Shown here: positions 19,569-28,806 of the stretch, piece after piece
Position numbering within the stretch: the first letter of the stretch is position 1
How the letters are laid out: each line of letters begins with the position of its first letter
Assembly (NCBI GenBank): GCA_963816145.1
Contig: CAWFJP010000004.1
Coordinates: 224,001-288,000 of the forward strand
DNA length: 64,000 nucleotides
Source: an uncultured delta proteobacterium
Lineage (GTDB): Bacteria; Desulfobacterota; Binatia; UBA9968
Direction of reading: 5' to 3'
The notes under the pieces: generated by a model
Databases searched by the model: none
Told to the model about the DNA's origin: nothing
The model's input: only the letters and a program-made list of their open reading frames with translations
Program-made: the position numbers and the translations under genes

Positions 19569-20310
19569 GCTAAATCCGAGAATTTTTCAGATACGCGGAA
19601 TTGGCGGTAGTAGCCATTGTTACGTCATCCAAGGCGACTATATGAACGTCATGATCGATTCCGGTTCGGACCAGAATTTCCCGGTGCTCGAGCGCGGGCT
19701 GCGCCATATCGGCATGAAGGTGCGCGATATTAATTTGGTGATTAATTCGCACGAGCATTGCGACCATATCGGCGCCAATCGCTACTTTCAGGAGTCGGCG
19801 ATGATTGCCGCCTACCGATTGGCTGCGTCGAAAATGACCACGGGCGATTACTACGTGACCATGTACAAGGGCAACGATCTCAACGAACTGCCGATGCGGG
19901 TGCATCTGTGGCTGGAAAATATGACGCGCATCGATCTGGGCAACTATACTCTGAGGGTGTTTCACACGCCCGGCCACACTTCGGGCTGCATTTCGATCAT
20001 CGAGACATCAAGCGGATTGCTCTTCTCCGCCGATAGCGTCTTTGCCGGCGGCACACTTTCCTACATCGCCGAGAGCGGCAGCATCGGCGACTATCTCGAC
20101 TCGCTGGCGCGGCTGCGTAGTTTCAGTTTGAAGGCGCTCTACCCTGGTCATGGACGAGTGTCAGTGACGCCGATCGAAGACATCGATCGAGCGATCGGCA
20201 ATGCGCAGATGCTGTTGGAAACAAAGAACCATGAGAAGGTCGACATTTTTTATCAGAATGCTCACGAGAATTCCGACGCTAATGGAAGGGATGCTGCTGT
20301 AAGCAACTAA
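19543..20310 (+). CDS. MBL-fold metallo-hydrolase
   Basis: HEHCDHIG; HTPGHTSG; LFSADS; YPGHG. Confidence 0.9.
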   Translation: MESTNAVTELNPRIFQIRGIGGSSHCYVIQGDYMNVMIDSGSDQNFPVLERGLRHIGMKVRDINLVINSHEHCDHIGANRYFQESAMIAAYRLAASKMTTGDYYVTMYKGNDLNELPMRVHLWLENMTRIDLGNYTLRVFHTPGHTSGCISIIETSSGLLFSADSVFAGGTLSYIAESGSIGDYLDSLARLRSFSLKALYPGHGRVSVTPIEDIDRAIGNAQMLLETKNHEKVDIFYQNAHENSDANGRDAAVSN

Positions 20311-20376
20311 GCAACAATTCGCAAACACCTATCGCTTGCGGCGCTAACGCGCTGCAAGCGCGAAAAGATCGGTCCA

Positions 20377-20448
20377 GGGATTCGATGCTGAAGCCCGCGA
20401 CCATGGCAATGGCGCCAGATTCCTCCAACGGGATCGAGCGCCATTTTT
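20377..20448 (+). promoter_or_regulatory. Second ANTAR dual-hairpin element plus terminator
   Basis: P1 GGGATTC-GATGCT-GAAGCCC; P2 TGGC-AATGGC-GCCA; terminator AATGGCGC...GCGCCATTTTT. Confidence 0.72.
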
Positions 20449-20479
20449 ATTGGCAACGAGCGATGAGAGAGGCGAGGCC

Positions 20480-21346
20480 ATGAACGAACATATGAGTTTC
20501 AGTCAAATTCCTATTCCACGTAGCGCGACCAAGGATCACCAAGCCGAAATGACGAGCACGCGCAAGTCTTGGCGGCGCAGGTGGGTCAGCTGGGCCGGCG
20601 CGGCCATGGTGCTTGGCGCAACCGGCGCGACAGCGCAGTCTTCGCGCGACTCCTGGTATTTTTCCGCCGCCGATATCGGCGCTGCCTATCAGTATCAAGA
20701 AGCCTATGGCGGCCGGATGCGCAACCCCTTGCCAGCTTTCAGCTGCATGACCGGCAATACTGATTTTGCCGCAACCTACCGCGGCGTCCCCGTCCAGGTG
20801 GCTTGCCGGTTTATCAACGAAGTGATGCGTCATCTGAAGGGTATGCTCGACATCGGCGCGGCGCGTTACCTGTTTCCACTCGACGCCGATCATGCCCACT
20901 TGGCGGTGCCGGCCGATGTCTGGGCGGAGAAGTACGACAAGCTTTCGCCAGCGCAGTTGATGGTCGCGCTACTGCGTGAGCCCAAGCTCGTGGCGCTCTA
21001 CCACACTGCGGAGCATCTTGAGCCAGGCGCTAAGATAAATGGCACGGACGATGCCGGCGTGAGGCGCTGGCGCGAGCAGCGCAACGTTCTGGGCTACTTC
21101 AATGGCCGGCCGCTGCAAGTTTTGCCACCGCATCCCGACGGCTTCGGTGTCGGCTTGCCCGATGGATTGGTTTCCTACGGTGGTTTCAATTTTCTCGCGA
21201 GCCCGCGCGGCGAATTGATGATTCTTCAGGGAGAGCGAGCAATCGCGTTCGACGTGAGCTTGGAAATGGAAGAGCCGGCGCCGAATGTGTTCGGTCGCTC
21301 GCTGGCGCGCACTGCCCCGGCGCTGCGGGGATCTGTTGGACGTTGA
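20480..21346 (+). CDS. Hypothetical exported protein
   Basis: RRRWVSWAGAAMVLGATGATA signal-like segment; start uncertain (20450 or 20480). Confidence 0.65.
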   Translation: MNEHMSFSQIPIPRSATKDHQAEMTSTRKSWRRRWVSWAGAAMVLGATGATAQSSRDSWYFSAADIGAAYQYQEAYGGRMRNPLPAFSCMTGNTDFAATYRGVPVQVACRFINEVMRHLKGMLDIGAARYLFPLDADHAHLAVPADVWAEKYDKLSPAQLMVALLREPKLVALYHTAEHLEPGAKINGTDDAGVRRWREQRNVLGYFNGRPLQVLPPHPDGFGVGLPDGLVSYGGFNFLASPRGELMILQGERAIAFDVSLEMEEPAPNVFGRSLARTAPALRGSVGR

Positions 21347-21399
21347 ACCGGAAAGGGAACGGCTAGTGTGCCGGCCCAAAAGTCCGCTACATAATTCAT

Positions 21400-21488
21400 C
21401 CGTCATTCCGGGCAAGCTGGCGATAGCTAGCGCGACCCGGAATCCAGGAAAATCGCGAACCTGGATGCCGGCTTTCTCCGCCATGACG
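21400..21488. repeat. REP-like palindrome (GTCATTCCG...GGAATCCA family)
   Basis: CGTCATTCCGGGC...CCGGAATCCAGG...CCTGGATGCCGG...ATGACG; same core as inside the MITE copies. Confidence 0.65.
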
Positions 21489-21665
21489 ATATGAGGCCGT
21501 CCGACTTATTTTGCGAACTTCTGGGCCGGGACGCTCGTTCCGATGGGGAAAATGATTTTGCGCACGAAGTTCTCATGCATAGCGCTGGCGGGGTCGTGCT
21601 TATCCTCCGTTAGCGCTACTGCCAATAACTAACGACCCAAGATTAACAAGCGCGAAAGGACTGCA

Positions 21666-22661
21666 ATGAAAGTGAAAATTGTTCCGATACTCGCATTGAC
21701 GCTATCGCTGGCCGTCGTGCAGGGAAGTGGCGCCCAGGAAAAATTGGAGAAACTTTATGTCGGTGTCGCCGGTTTAAGCGGCGCGCTGGCCCATGCGTTC
21801 ATACCCAAGGACGCGGGGTTGTACGAAAAATATGGCCTAGATGTGGACTTGGTATTCTTTCAGGGTGGCACCCAGGGGGTGCAGTCGTTGATCGCCGGCG
21901 GCGTGCAATTCATCGTTTCTTCCGGATCGGAAACTATTGCGGCGCGAGTGGCCGGCGCTGATATCACGATGATCGCCGGCTACATGAATACGGTGCCCTA
22001 TAGCATTGTCGCCGATAAAGGCATCCGCCGTTTTGCCGATCTGAAGGGGGCCAAGGCGGCGGTGAGCCGGTTCGGCACGACCTCCGACCTCGCCGTGCGT
22101 TATGCCTTCGAACAAAACGGTCTGATTGCAGGCAAGGACATCACTTTGGTGCAGCTAGGCGATCAGGGTTCGCGCTTCGCGGCGCTGACCGGCGGCACGG
22201 TGCAAGCAACGGTCATTTCACCGCCGTTCGATCTGACGGCAAAAAAGCTCGGCTATCGCATACTAGCCGACATGGCCGATCTCGGTTTGAACTATCAGCA
22301 TGAGGCGATAGCGACGACTGAGCGGTTGCTCGCCGAACGACCCGAAACCGCGCGCCGTTTTCTCAAGGCATTCATCGCCGGAATACATCTCTGGATGACA
22401 GACGAGAAGAGGACCAAAGACATCTTGGCCAAACGGTTGAGGATCAAGGATAGCGAGGTTCTCGGTGAGACATATTCGGCCTACAAGAAACTGACGGAAA
22501 AGAAACCTTATCCCACGCTCAAGGGTCTCGAATTTCAGATCGCTGATCTGGCGCTGCGCAACGCCAAGGCCAAAGGCGCCAGGGCGGAGACCTTCGTCAA
22601 TCTCGGCTTGTTGAAGGAGATCGACAAGAGCGGCTTTATCGACGGTCTGTATAAAAGATAG
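21666..22661 (+). CDS. ABC substrate-binding protein, NMT1/SsuA-like
   Basis: Signal peptide; GLYEKYGLDV; ADLKGAKAAVSRFG; no adjacent permease. Confidence 0.85.
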   Translation: MKVKIVPILALTLSLAVVQGSGAQEKLEKLYVGVAGLSGALAHAFIPKDAGLYEKYGLDVDLVFFQGGTQGVQSLIAGGVQFIVSSGSETIAARVAGADITMIAGYMNTVPYSIVADKGIRRFADLKGAKAAVSRFGTTSDLAVRYAFEQNGLIAGKDITLVQLGDQGSRFAALTGGTVQATVISPPFDLTAKKLGYRILADMADLGLNYQHEAIATTERLLAERPETARRFLKAFIAGIHLWMTDEKRTKDILAKRLRIKDSEVLGETYSAYKKLTEKKPYPTLKGLEFQIADLALRNAKAKGARAETFVNLGLLKEIDKSGFIDGLYKR

Positions 22662-22717
22662 TGACGCCGTGAATTGAAGTCAGCGTCTTAACCCAAGTCT
22701 TGGTCAAGGAGATGAAA

Positions 22718-23290
22718 ATGCAGAAGATGAGAAAGATTCTCGTACCGATTGATTTTACCCTGGAGTCCGGCAGGGCTCTGCGCGACGCTGTCGCACTCGG
22801 GAAGGAAACCGGATCCCAAGTCGTCGCGCTCCATGTGATCGATGAAAAAGCCGAACGCGACGTGTTGTTGTCGGCCATTGCACCGGTCGATGTTTTGCCG
22901 TTTTTCTTGGACAGCTACGCAACCGTGCCAGTCGACGTCCTGCGGCGTGAGCGAACTCTCGATCTGTGGAACTTTGTCGCGCAATACGCCGGGCGGATGC
23001 AGCAAGAGCGCGTTAGGAAAGTGATCAGAATGGGCAAACTAACCCGAGAAATCACCACCTTTATGCAAGATGAGGCAGTCGATCTGCTGGTTCTCAAACA
23101 ACGCCAACGGCGGCTGTTTCCCGATCTTACGATGCTAAAACTGGTCACCCTAGCCGGACGCCTTTCTTGTCCGGTTTTATTGGATCCGCCAGCGCCGCGT
23201 GAGCGTCCCAAGCCGCGCAACGGTTTGCTCGCTTTTGATCTGCTGGAACAGGCAAGACTGTTATGGAACCTCCGTACCAGCGAGCATTAG
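22718..23290 (+). CDS. Universal stress protein
   Basis: KILVPIDFT; ALHVID; VDLLVL; SCPVL. Confidence 0.75.
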   Translation: MQKMRKILVPIDFTLESGRALRDAVALGKETGSQVVALHVIDEKAERDVLLSAIAPVDVLPFFLDSYATVPVDVLRRERTLDLWNFVAQYAGRMQQERVRKVIRMGKLTREITTFMQDEAVDLLVLKQRQRRLFPDLTMLKLVTLAGRLSCPVLLDPPAPRERPKPRNGLLAFDLLEQARLLWNLRTSEH

Positions 23291-23429
23291 CCGATCAATC
23301 CCAAGGAGTTTTATGACGATCGATTCGCAAATGAATCGGCCGAAGAGAAATTTTCCAACAAACTTCGCGGCAAATCTCGGCGCAACTGAGCGGCACGCTA
23401 TATTGAGAGATTAGAAAGGACAAGCAACT

Positions 23430-24458
23430 ATGTGGCTTAGACTATGGATCGCTATCGGTTGTCTACTGAGCAGCACGGTGATACATGCCCAGGCGCCATT
23501 TTATCAGGGCAAGTTAGTGACGATTGTGGTGGCGACCAAAGCGGGCGATGTCTACGATCTCTATCCCCGGCTGCTCGCGGAATACCTGCCAAAATACATT
23601 CCGGGCAATCCTAACATCATTATCCAGAACGTCGCAGGCGCCGCGGGGCTGATTGCGACCAATCAAGTTTACAACCTGGCCAAACCGGACGGTCTTACGC
23701 TCGGGGCGATTTATCCAGCGCTTTACTTCGAGCAGCTCGCCAAGCGGCCGGAAGTGAAATTCGATTGGAACAAATTTCATTGGATCGGCAGCATGGCCTC
23801 GTCGAACACGTTGATGTACATCCGCAACGACGCCGGCATCAAGACCATCGACGATGTGCGTAGCGCTGCCGCTCCGCCCAAGTGCGGTGCCACCGGCGTG
23901 ACCTCGGCGGCATACTACATGCCCAAGCTCATCGAGGACGCGATCGGCGCTAAATTCAGTGTCGTCTCCGGCTACGTTGCCGGCTCGGACATCGATCTGG
24001 CCGTGGAACGCGGCGAGGTGCAGTGCCGGGCGTTTACCATTTCCACCTACTTTGCCCGTGAGCCCTTCATCACCTGGCGCAAGAAAAACTTTGTCCGCGT
24101 GCTTTATCAAACCGGCAGCAAGCGCGACGGGCGATTGAAGGAGGTCCCGACGTTCACTGAATTGATGGACAAATACAAAACCGCGGAAGGTGTGCGCCAG
24201 TTGGTCAAAGCCGTCGTCGCGTCCGACGAATTCGGCCGTCCCTTGGTGGTTCCACCGGGTGTGGCGCCGGACAAAATCAAGATCCTGCGCGATGCCTTTA
24301 ACAAAGCGGTCAGCGATCCGGCGCTGTTGGCCGAAGCCGAGAAACGTCGTCTCGACATGGATCCATCCAGCGGCGAAGAGTTGGACTCATTGGCCAAAGA
24401 AGTGATGGCCACACCGCCAGCGGTGGTGGAAAAAGTAAAAGCCTTGATCGGCCGGTGA
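23430..24458 (+). CDS. TctC/Bug-family tricarboxylate transporter substrate-binding protein
   Basis: FYQGKLVTIVV; YIPGNPNIIIQN; AKPDGLT; LAVERGEV. Confidence 0.88.
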   Translation: MWLRLWIAIGCLLSSTVIHAQAPFYQGKLVTIVVATKAGDVYDLYPRLLAEYLPKYIPGNPNIIIQNVAGAAGLIATNQVYNLAKPDGLTLGAIYPALYFEQLAKRPEVKFDWNKFHWIGSMASSNTLMYIRNDAGIKTIDDVRSAAAPPKCGATGVTSAAYYMPKLIEDAIGAKFSVVSGYVAGSDIDLAVERGEVQCRAFTISTYFAREPFITWRKKNFVRVLYQTGSKRDGRLKEVPTFTELMDKYKTAEGVRQLVKAVVASDEFGRPLVVPPGVAPDKIKILRDAFNKAVSDPALLAEAEKRRLDMDPSSGEELDSLAKEVMATPPAVVEKVKALIGR

Positions 24459-24524
24459 GGGGGGGGGGAAGTGAACCCATCGCGTAGTGTGGATTTGTTT
24501 GCGCCATCTTCCTCGCACTAAACA

Positions 24525-24734
24525 ACCCTCGGCTTTAAGCCGAGGGGGTTCTAAATTTGTCGACCGGAAGTCGACTCTTCGGGGTCGTCATTCCGGCGTA
24601 GGCCGGAATCCAGGTTTCGTTTGGCCTTGCCGCGCGCGCGAAGATGGATGCCGGCCTGCGCCGGCATGACAAATCTTCTCTTTGCCTGAAGTCTGCCCTG
24701 AGCAAGATCGAATGGGCGAGGGATTTCAACCATC
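24525..24734 (+). mobile_element. MITE-like palindromic element, copy B, with an approximately 23-bp insert
   Basis: Aligns to the reverse complement of 18492-18677; extra TCTGCCCTGAGCAAGATCGAATG at about 24692-24714. Confidence 0.7.
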
Positions 24735-24757
24735 CCCGAGAGCGCCATTAAAGCCGC

Positions 24758-24873
24758 TGCCCAGTTTCTAGGCATCCGCCGTATAAGGCGTAAGCAGTCG
24801 CACCGAGTTCCAACTCACACGACACTGAATTAATTCGAGTTTCTCGCAAAATAATCGTGGCACAGGCGTTGCT
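24758..24873 (+). promoter_or_regulatory. NtrC-like site plus sigma54 promoter of the nitrate assimilation operon
   Basis: TGCCCA-GTTTC-TAGGCA at 24758-24774; TGGCAC-AGGCG-TTGCT at 24858-24873. Confidence 0.85.
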
Positions 24874-24891
24874 CATCACGCTTCGTGAACG

Positions 24892-26745
24892 ATGAATAAA
24901 ATCGAAGAATATAAGAAGGAGAAAGCCGGCCTCGATATTCTCGATGATGTTCCGCGCTACGCCGCTGCGGGTTGGGAAAAGATCACTGACGGCGACAAGG
25001 AGCGGCTCAAGTGGGCGGGAATATTCTTTCGCCGCCAAACGCCGGGCCGCTTCATGATGCGCCTGCGATTCGCCAATGGCTTGTTGAACGCGCCACAGTT
25101 GCGCGCCATCGGCGAAATCAGCCGTGACTTCGGCAAAGGCTTCGCCGATATCACCACGCGCCAGCAGATGCAGCTGCGCGAATTCACAATCAATGACGTG
25201 CCGGAGATCTGGCGCAGACTGCGCGCCGTCGATTTGATCTCGCTGCAAACGGGGATGGATAACATCCGTGGGGTCATCGGCTGTCCGGTTGCCGGCTTGA
25301 CGCCCAACGAGTTGTTCGATGCTTCGCGTGTCGCCCGTCAGTTTACCGATTTGTTTATCGGCAACCGGGCATTCACCGATCTGCCGCGCAAATTCAACGT
25401 GACGATTACCGGCTGCAAAGAAGCTTGCACCCATGCCGAAGCGCAGGATTTGGCCTTGACGCCGGCGTTAAAGGAAATTGACGGCGCCCAGGTGAAAGGC
25501 TTCAACATCGCGGTCGGCGGCAAGCTCGGCTCGGGCGGCTTTCGGATCGCGTCGCCGTTGGATTTGTTCGTATCTCCCGACGAAGCGGCGGCGCTCTGCT
25601 CCCATATCGTCATGATCTTTCGCGACCACGGCGCGCGCGAGCTGCGCACCAAGGCGCGCTTGGCATTTCTCATCGAAGAATGGGGTGCGGCCAAATTTCG
25701 CAACGAGCTTGAACGGCGCGTTGATCGCCCGCTTGCCTCCGCTGGGCAAGATCAACGCACGCCGAAACACACCGATCATGTCGGCGTGTTTCGCCAGCGG
25801 CAGGCGGGCCTCAACTATGTTGGGCTCGCCGTGCCGGTTGGGCGCATGACTTCGGGACAGATGCTGCAAGTCGCTGACTTGGCCGAACGCTACGGCAGCG
25901 GCGAGCTGCGTTTGACGGTCGGGCAGAATCTCATCATTGCCAACGTGCCCGACAGTAGGATCGGCGAGCTCACCGAAGAACCGGTCCTGCGGGAGTTACG
26001 TTACGATCCTTCCGAGGTCATGCGCGGCCTGGTGAGCTGCACCGGCATGGATTTTTGCCACTTCGCTTTGATCGACACCAAGGGCTGGGCGCTGAAAACC
26101 GCGCTCACGCTGGAAGCCAAATTGGGCAAAACGCAGCCACTGCGCATGCATTGGTCCGGCTGTCCGGCGAGTTGCGGTAATCACACGGTGGCCGACATCG
26201 GCCTGCTCGGGAAAAATATCAAGCTCAACGGTGAAGTCGTCGAAGCGGTCGATGTTTTCGCCGGCGGCGCGGCCGGCTGTGAAGCCAATTTCCCGGTAAA
26301 GATCATGGAAGATGTGCCCTGCGAAGATTTGTCGGAGGTGGTTGCCGGCTTGGTCAAACACGGCGCGTTCAAGGCGATGCGCCAGCAGCTGCGAAAAATT
26401 CCTCAAGCGCCGGCACTGGGCAATCAAGCGGAAAAAAAACCAGAACCGCTCAAACCGCTGATTCGCAGTGCTGACATTGCCGAGGGCGCGGCGAAACTGG
26501 TGCGAGTGAATAACCACGAAATCGCCGTGTTCAAGCACGAGGGCAATCTTTGCGCGCTGCAAAACATTTGTCCCCATGAAGGCGGTCAATTGTCGGCCGG
26601 CTGGATCGAAGACGGCGCGGCGGTGTGCCCGCTGCACGGTTACAAGTTCGACTTGATCAGCGGTGCCTGCGCCAACGACGCCAAGCTTAAAGCAAAAGTT
26701 TTCAACCTCGCTGCTGACGGCGAAAATTATACCGTGGAGGAGTGA
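24892..26745 (+). CDS. nirA: Ferredoxin-nitrite reductase fused to a C-terminal Rieske [2Fe-2S] domain
   Basis: MNKIE.YK.EK; TTRQQ; LPRKFN; SCTGMDFC and SGCPASCG sirohaem/4Fe-4S ligands; C-terminal CPHEG...CPLHG. Confidence 0.92.
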   Translation: MNKIEEYKKEKAGLDILDDVPRYAAAGWEKITDGDKERLKWAGIFFRRQTPGRFMMRLRFANGLLNAPQLRAIGEISRDFGKGFADITTRQQMQLREFTINDVPEIWRRLRAVDLISLQTGMDNIRGVIGCPVAGLTPNELFDASRVARQFTDLFIGNRAFTDLPRKFNVTITGCKEACTHAEAQDLALTPALKEIDGAQVKGFNIAVGGKLGSGGFRIASPLDLFVSPDEAAALCSHIVMIFRDHGARELRTKARLAFLIEEWGAAKFRNELERRVDRPLASAGQDQRTPKHTDHVGVFRQRQAGLNYVGLAVPVGRMTSGQMLQVADLAERYGSGELRLTVGQNLIIANVPDSRIGELTEEPVLRELRYDPSEVMRGLVSCTGMDFCHFALIDTKGWALKTALTLEAKLGKTQPLRMHWSGCPASCGNHTVADIGLLGKNIKLNGEVVEAVDVFAGGAAGCEANFPVKIMEDVPCEDLSEVVAGLVKHGAFKAMRQQLRKIPQAPALGNQAEKKPEPLKPLIRSADIAEGAAKLVRVNNHEIAVFKHEGNLCALQNICPHEGGQLSAGWIEDGAAVCPLHGYKFDLISGACANDAKLKAKVFNLAADGENYTVEE

Positions 26746-26750
26746 TTGAG

Positions 26751-28010
26751 ATGAAGAAAGTGAAGAAACCAAGCCGGCGCGAATTTCTTAAAGTGGCCGG
26801 TGCCAGCTCATTTGGATTGCTGCTGAGCCATCTGCCGACGCGCTGGGTGGGCGGCGTCTATGCGGCGGATGCGCCGGAAACGACCAAGATTCGTTTCGGC
26901 ATTATCGCCCTGACCGATTGCGCGTCGATCGTGATGGCGCATGAACTTGGGCTTTTCAAAAAATACGGTATCGAGGCGACCATCTCCAAGGAAGCTTCCT
27001 GGGCGGCGATCCGCGACAAGCTTTCCATCGGCGAGAACCAGGCGACCCATATGCTCTACGGTATGCCGTACGCATCGAGCATGGGGCTCTTAGGCTCGCC
27101 CAAAAAGCCGATGATCATTCCCTTTGCGATCAACCACAACGGACAGGGGATCACTCTGCATACCAAGTATCTCAAACAGGGGATTAAAAAACCGGAACAA
27201 CTCAAACCGGTTGTCGACGAAGCGAAGAAAAAGGGCCAGCCCATGACTTTCGCCATGACCTTCCCGCCGGGAACCCATGCGATGTGGATGCGTTATTGGC
27301 TTGGCGCTGGTGGCATCAATCCTGACAAAGATGTGACCCTGATTACGATCCCGCCGCCACAAATGGTTGCCAATCTGAAAGTGGACAAGATGGACGGCTT
27401 GTGCGTCGGTGAGCCGTGGAACGCCCGGGCGATTTTCGACAATATCGGCTACACCGTGACCACCAGCCAGCAGATGTGGAAAGACCACCCGGAAAAGGTC
27501 TTGGCTTTCACCGAAGAGTTTGCCGACAAGAATCCCAGGACCGTCAAAGCAATTCTCAAAGCGATGATCGAGTCGAGCCGCTATATCGACAAGATGGAAA
27601 ACCGTGCGCAGGTCGTCGACGTGATTTCTCGGCCGCAGTATATCAACACGCCTAAAGATATCATTCTTGGTCGCATGCTTGGCGACTACGACTATGGTGA
27701 CGGCAAAAAAGAGAAAGACCCCAACTACATGGTTTTTGCCGACCGCGACACCAACTTCCCGTGGAAGTCCCACGGTATCTGGTGGCTGACGCAGTTTCGT
27801 CGCTGGGGCATGGTCAAAGCACCGCTGGACTACAAGGGGATTGTCGAAAAAGTGCACCGACCCGATATCTATCGGGAGGTGGCCAAAGAGATGAGCATTA
27901 ACCCACCGAAGGAAGACACAAAAAGGGAGACTCTCTTCGACAAGATCGAGTTTGATCCCAGTAAGCCGGAAGAGTACGTCAAAAAGTTTGCCGTCAGCAA
28001 CATCGTTTAG
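26751..28010 (+). CDS. nrtA: Nitrate/nitrite ABC substrate-binding protein (NrtA/CmpA family), Tat signal
   Basis: SRREFLK; FGIIALTDCA; AMTFPPGTH; CVGEPWN; DHPEKV. Confidence 0.9.
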   Translation: MKKVKKPSRREFLKVAGASSFGLLLSHLPTRWVGGVYAADAPETTKIRFGIIALTDCASIVMAHELGLFKKYGIEATISKEASWAAIRDKLSIGENQATHMLYGMPYASSMGLLGSPKKPMIIPFAINHNGQGITLHTKYLKQGIKKPEQLKPVVDEAKKKGQPMTFAMTFPPGTHAMWMRYWLGAGGINPDKDVTLITIPPPQMVANLKVDKMDGLCVGEPWNARAIFDNIGYTVTTSQQMWKDHPEKVLAFTEEFADKNPRTVKAILKAMIESSRYIDKMENRAQVVDVISRPQYINTPKDIILGRMLGDYDYGDGKKEKDPNYMVFADRDTNFPWKSHGIWWLTQFRRWGMVKAPLDYKGIVEKVHRPDIYREVAKEMSINPPKEDTKRETLFDKIEFDPSKPEEYVKKFAVSNIV

Positions 28011-28012
28011 AG

Positions 28013-28798
28013 GTGGCTAGGACTATGGAAAAGCGCGTTGACGCAGCGGCGTTCGTATTGCCGTTGTTCGGTTTAGGGTTGGTTTTGATGATATGGACTA
28101 CGATCAGTCTAAAAGTCGCCCCCGATTTGCCATCACCGCTTAAGACCTGGCAGGAAAGCCAGCAGTATATTCTCAATCCGTTTTTTAAAGACGGAGAGAT
28201 GAATCAAGGCATTCTCCGATTTGCTTTGCTCAGCTTGATTCGTGTCGCCAAGGGTTTTCTCTTGGCAATCGCTTTTGGCACACCTTTGGGATTTCTCTTG
28301 GGACTGTCGCCGAAATTCAATCAAGCGTTCGATCCGGTAATCCAAATTTTGCGGCCGATCTCGCCACTTGCCTGGCTACCGCTGGGTTTGGTGATGTTCA
28401 AGCAATCGGAGCCGGCGGCGTTGTTTACCATCGCACTTTGCGCCATGTGGCCGACGGTCGTTAATACTGCGATGGGCGTGCGCAGCATCGGCACGGAGTA
28501 TTTAAACGTCGGCCGGGTGCTCAAATTGTCGCCGATGAAGACGCTGAGAAAAATCATGATCCCGGCGACACTGCCTTATATGTTCACCGGCTTTCGTCTC
28601 AGTCTCGGCATGGCTTGGCTGGTGATCGTCGCGGCGGAGATGTTGACCGGTTCTCCTGGCTTGGGCGGATTCCTTTGGCAGGAATACAACAGCTTGGTTT
28701 ACTCACATATTCTTTTATCGGTGTTGGCCATCGGTTTAATTGGGTTTGCTCTGGATCGCATGATGGGAGTGATTGAGCGCCGATTTAAGACCGCGTGA
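28013..28798 (+). CDS. nrtB: Nitrate ABC permease
   Basis: LRPISPLAWLP; AWLVIVAAEML. Confidence 0.9.
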   Translation: MARTMEKRVDAAAFVLPLFGLGLVLMIWTTISLKVAPDLPSPLKTWQESQQYILNPFFKDGEMNQGILRFALLSLIRVAKGFLLAIAFGTPLGFLLGLSPKFNQAFDPVIQILRPISPLAWLPLGLVMFKQSEPAALFTIALCAMWPTVVNTAMGVRSIGTEYLNVGRVLKLSPMKTLRKIMIPATLPYMFTGFRLSLGMAWLVIVAAEMLTGSPGLGGFLWQEYNSLVYSHILLSVLAIGLIGFALDRMMGVIERRFKTA

Positions 28799-28806
28799 TG
28801 GACTAA

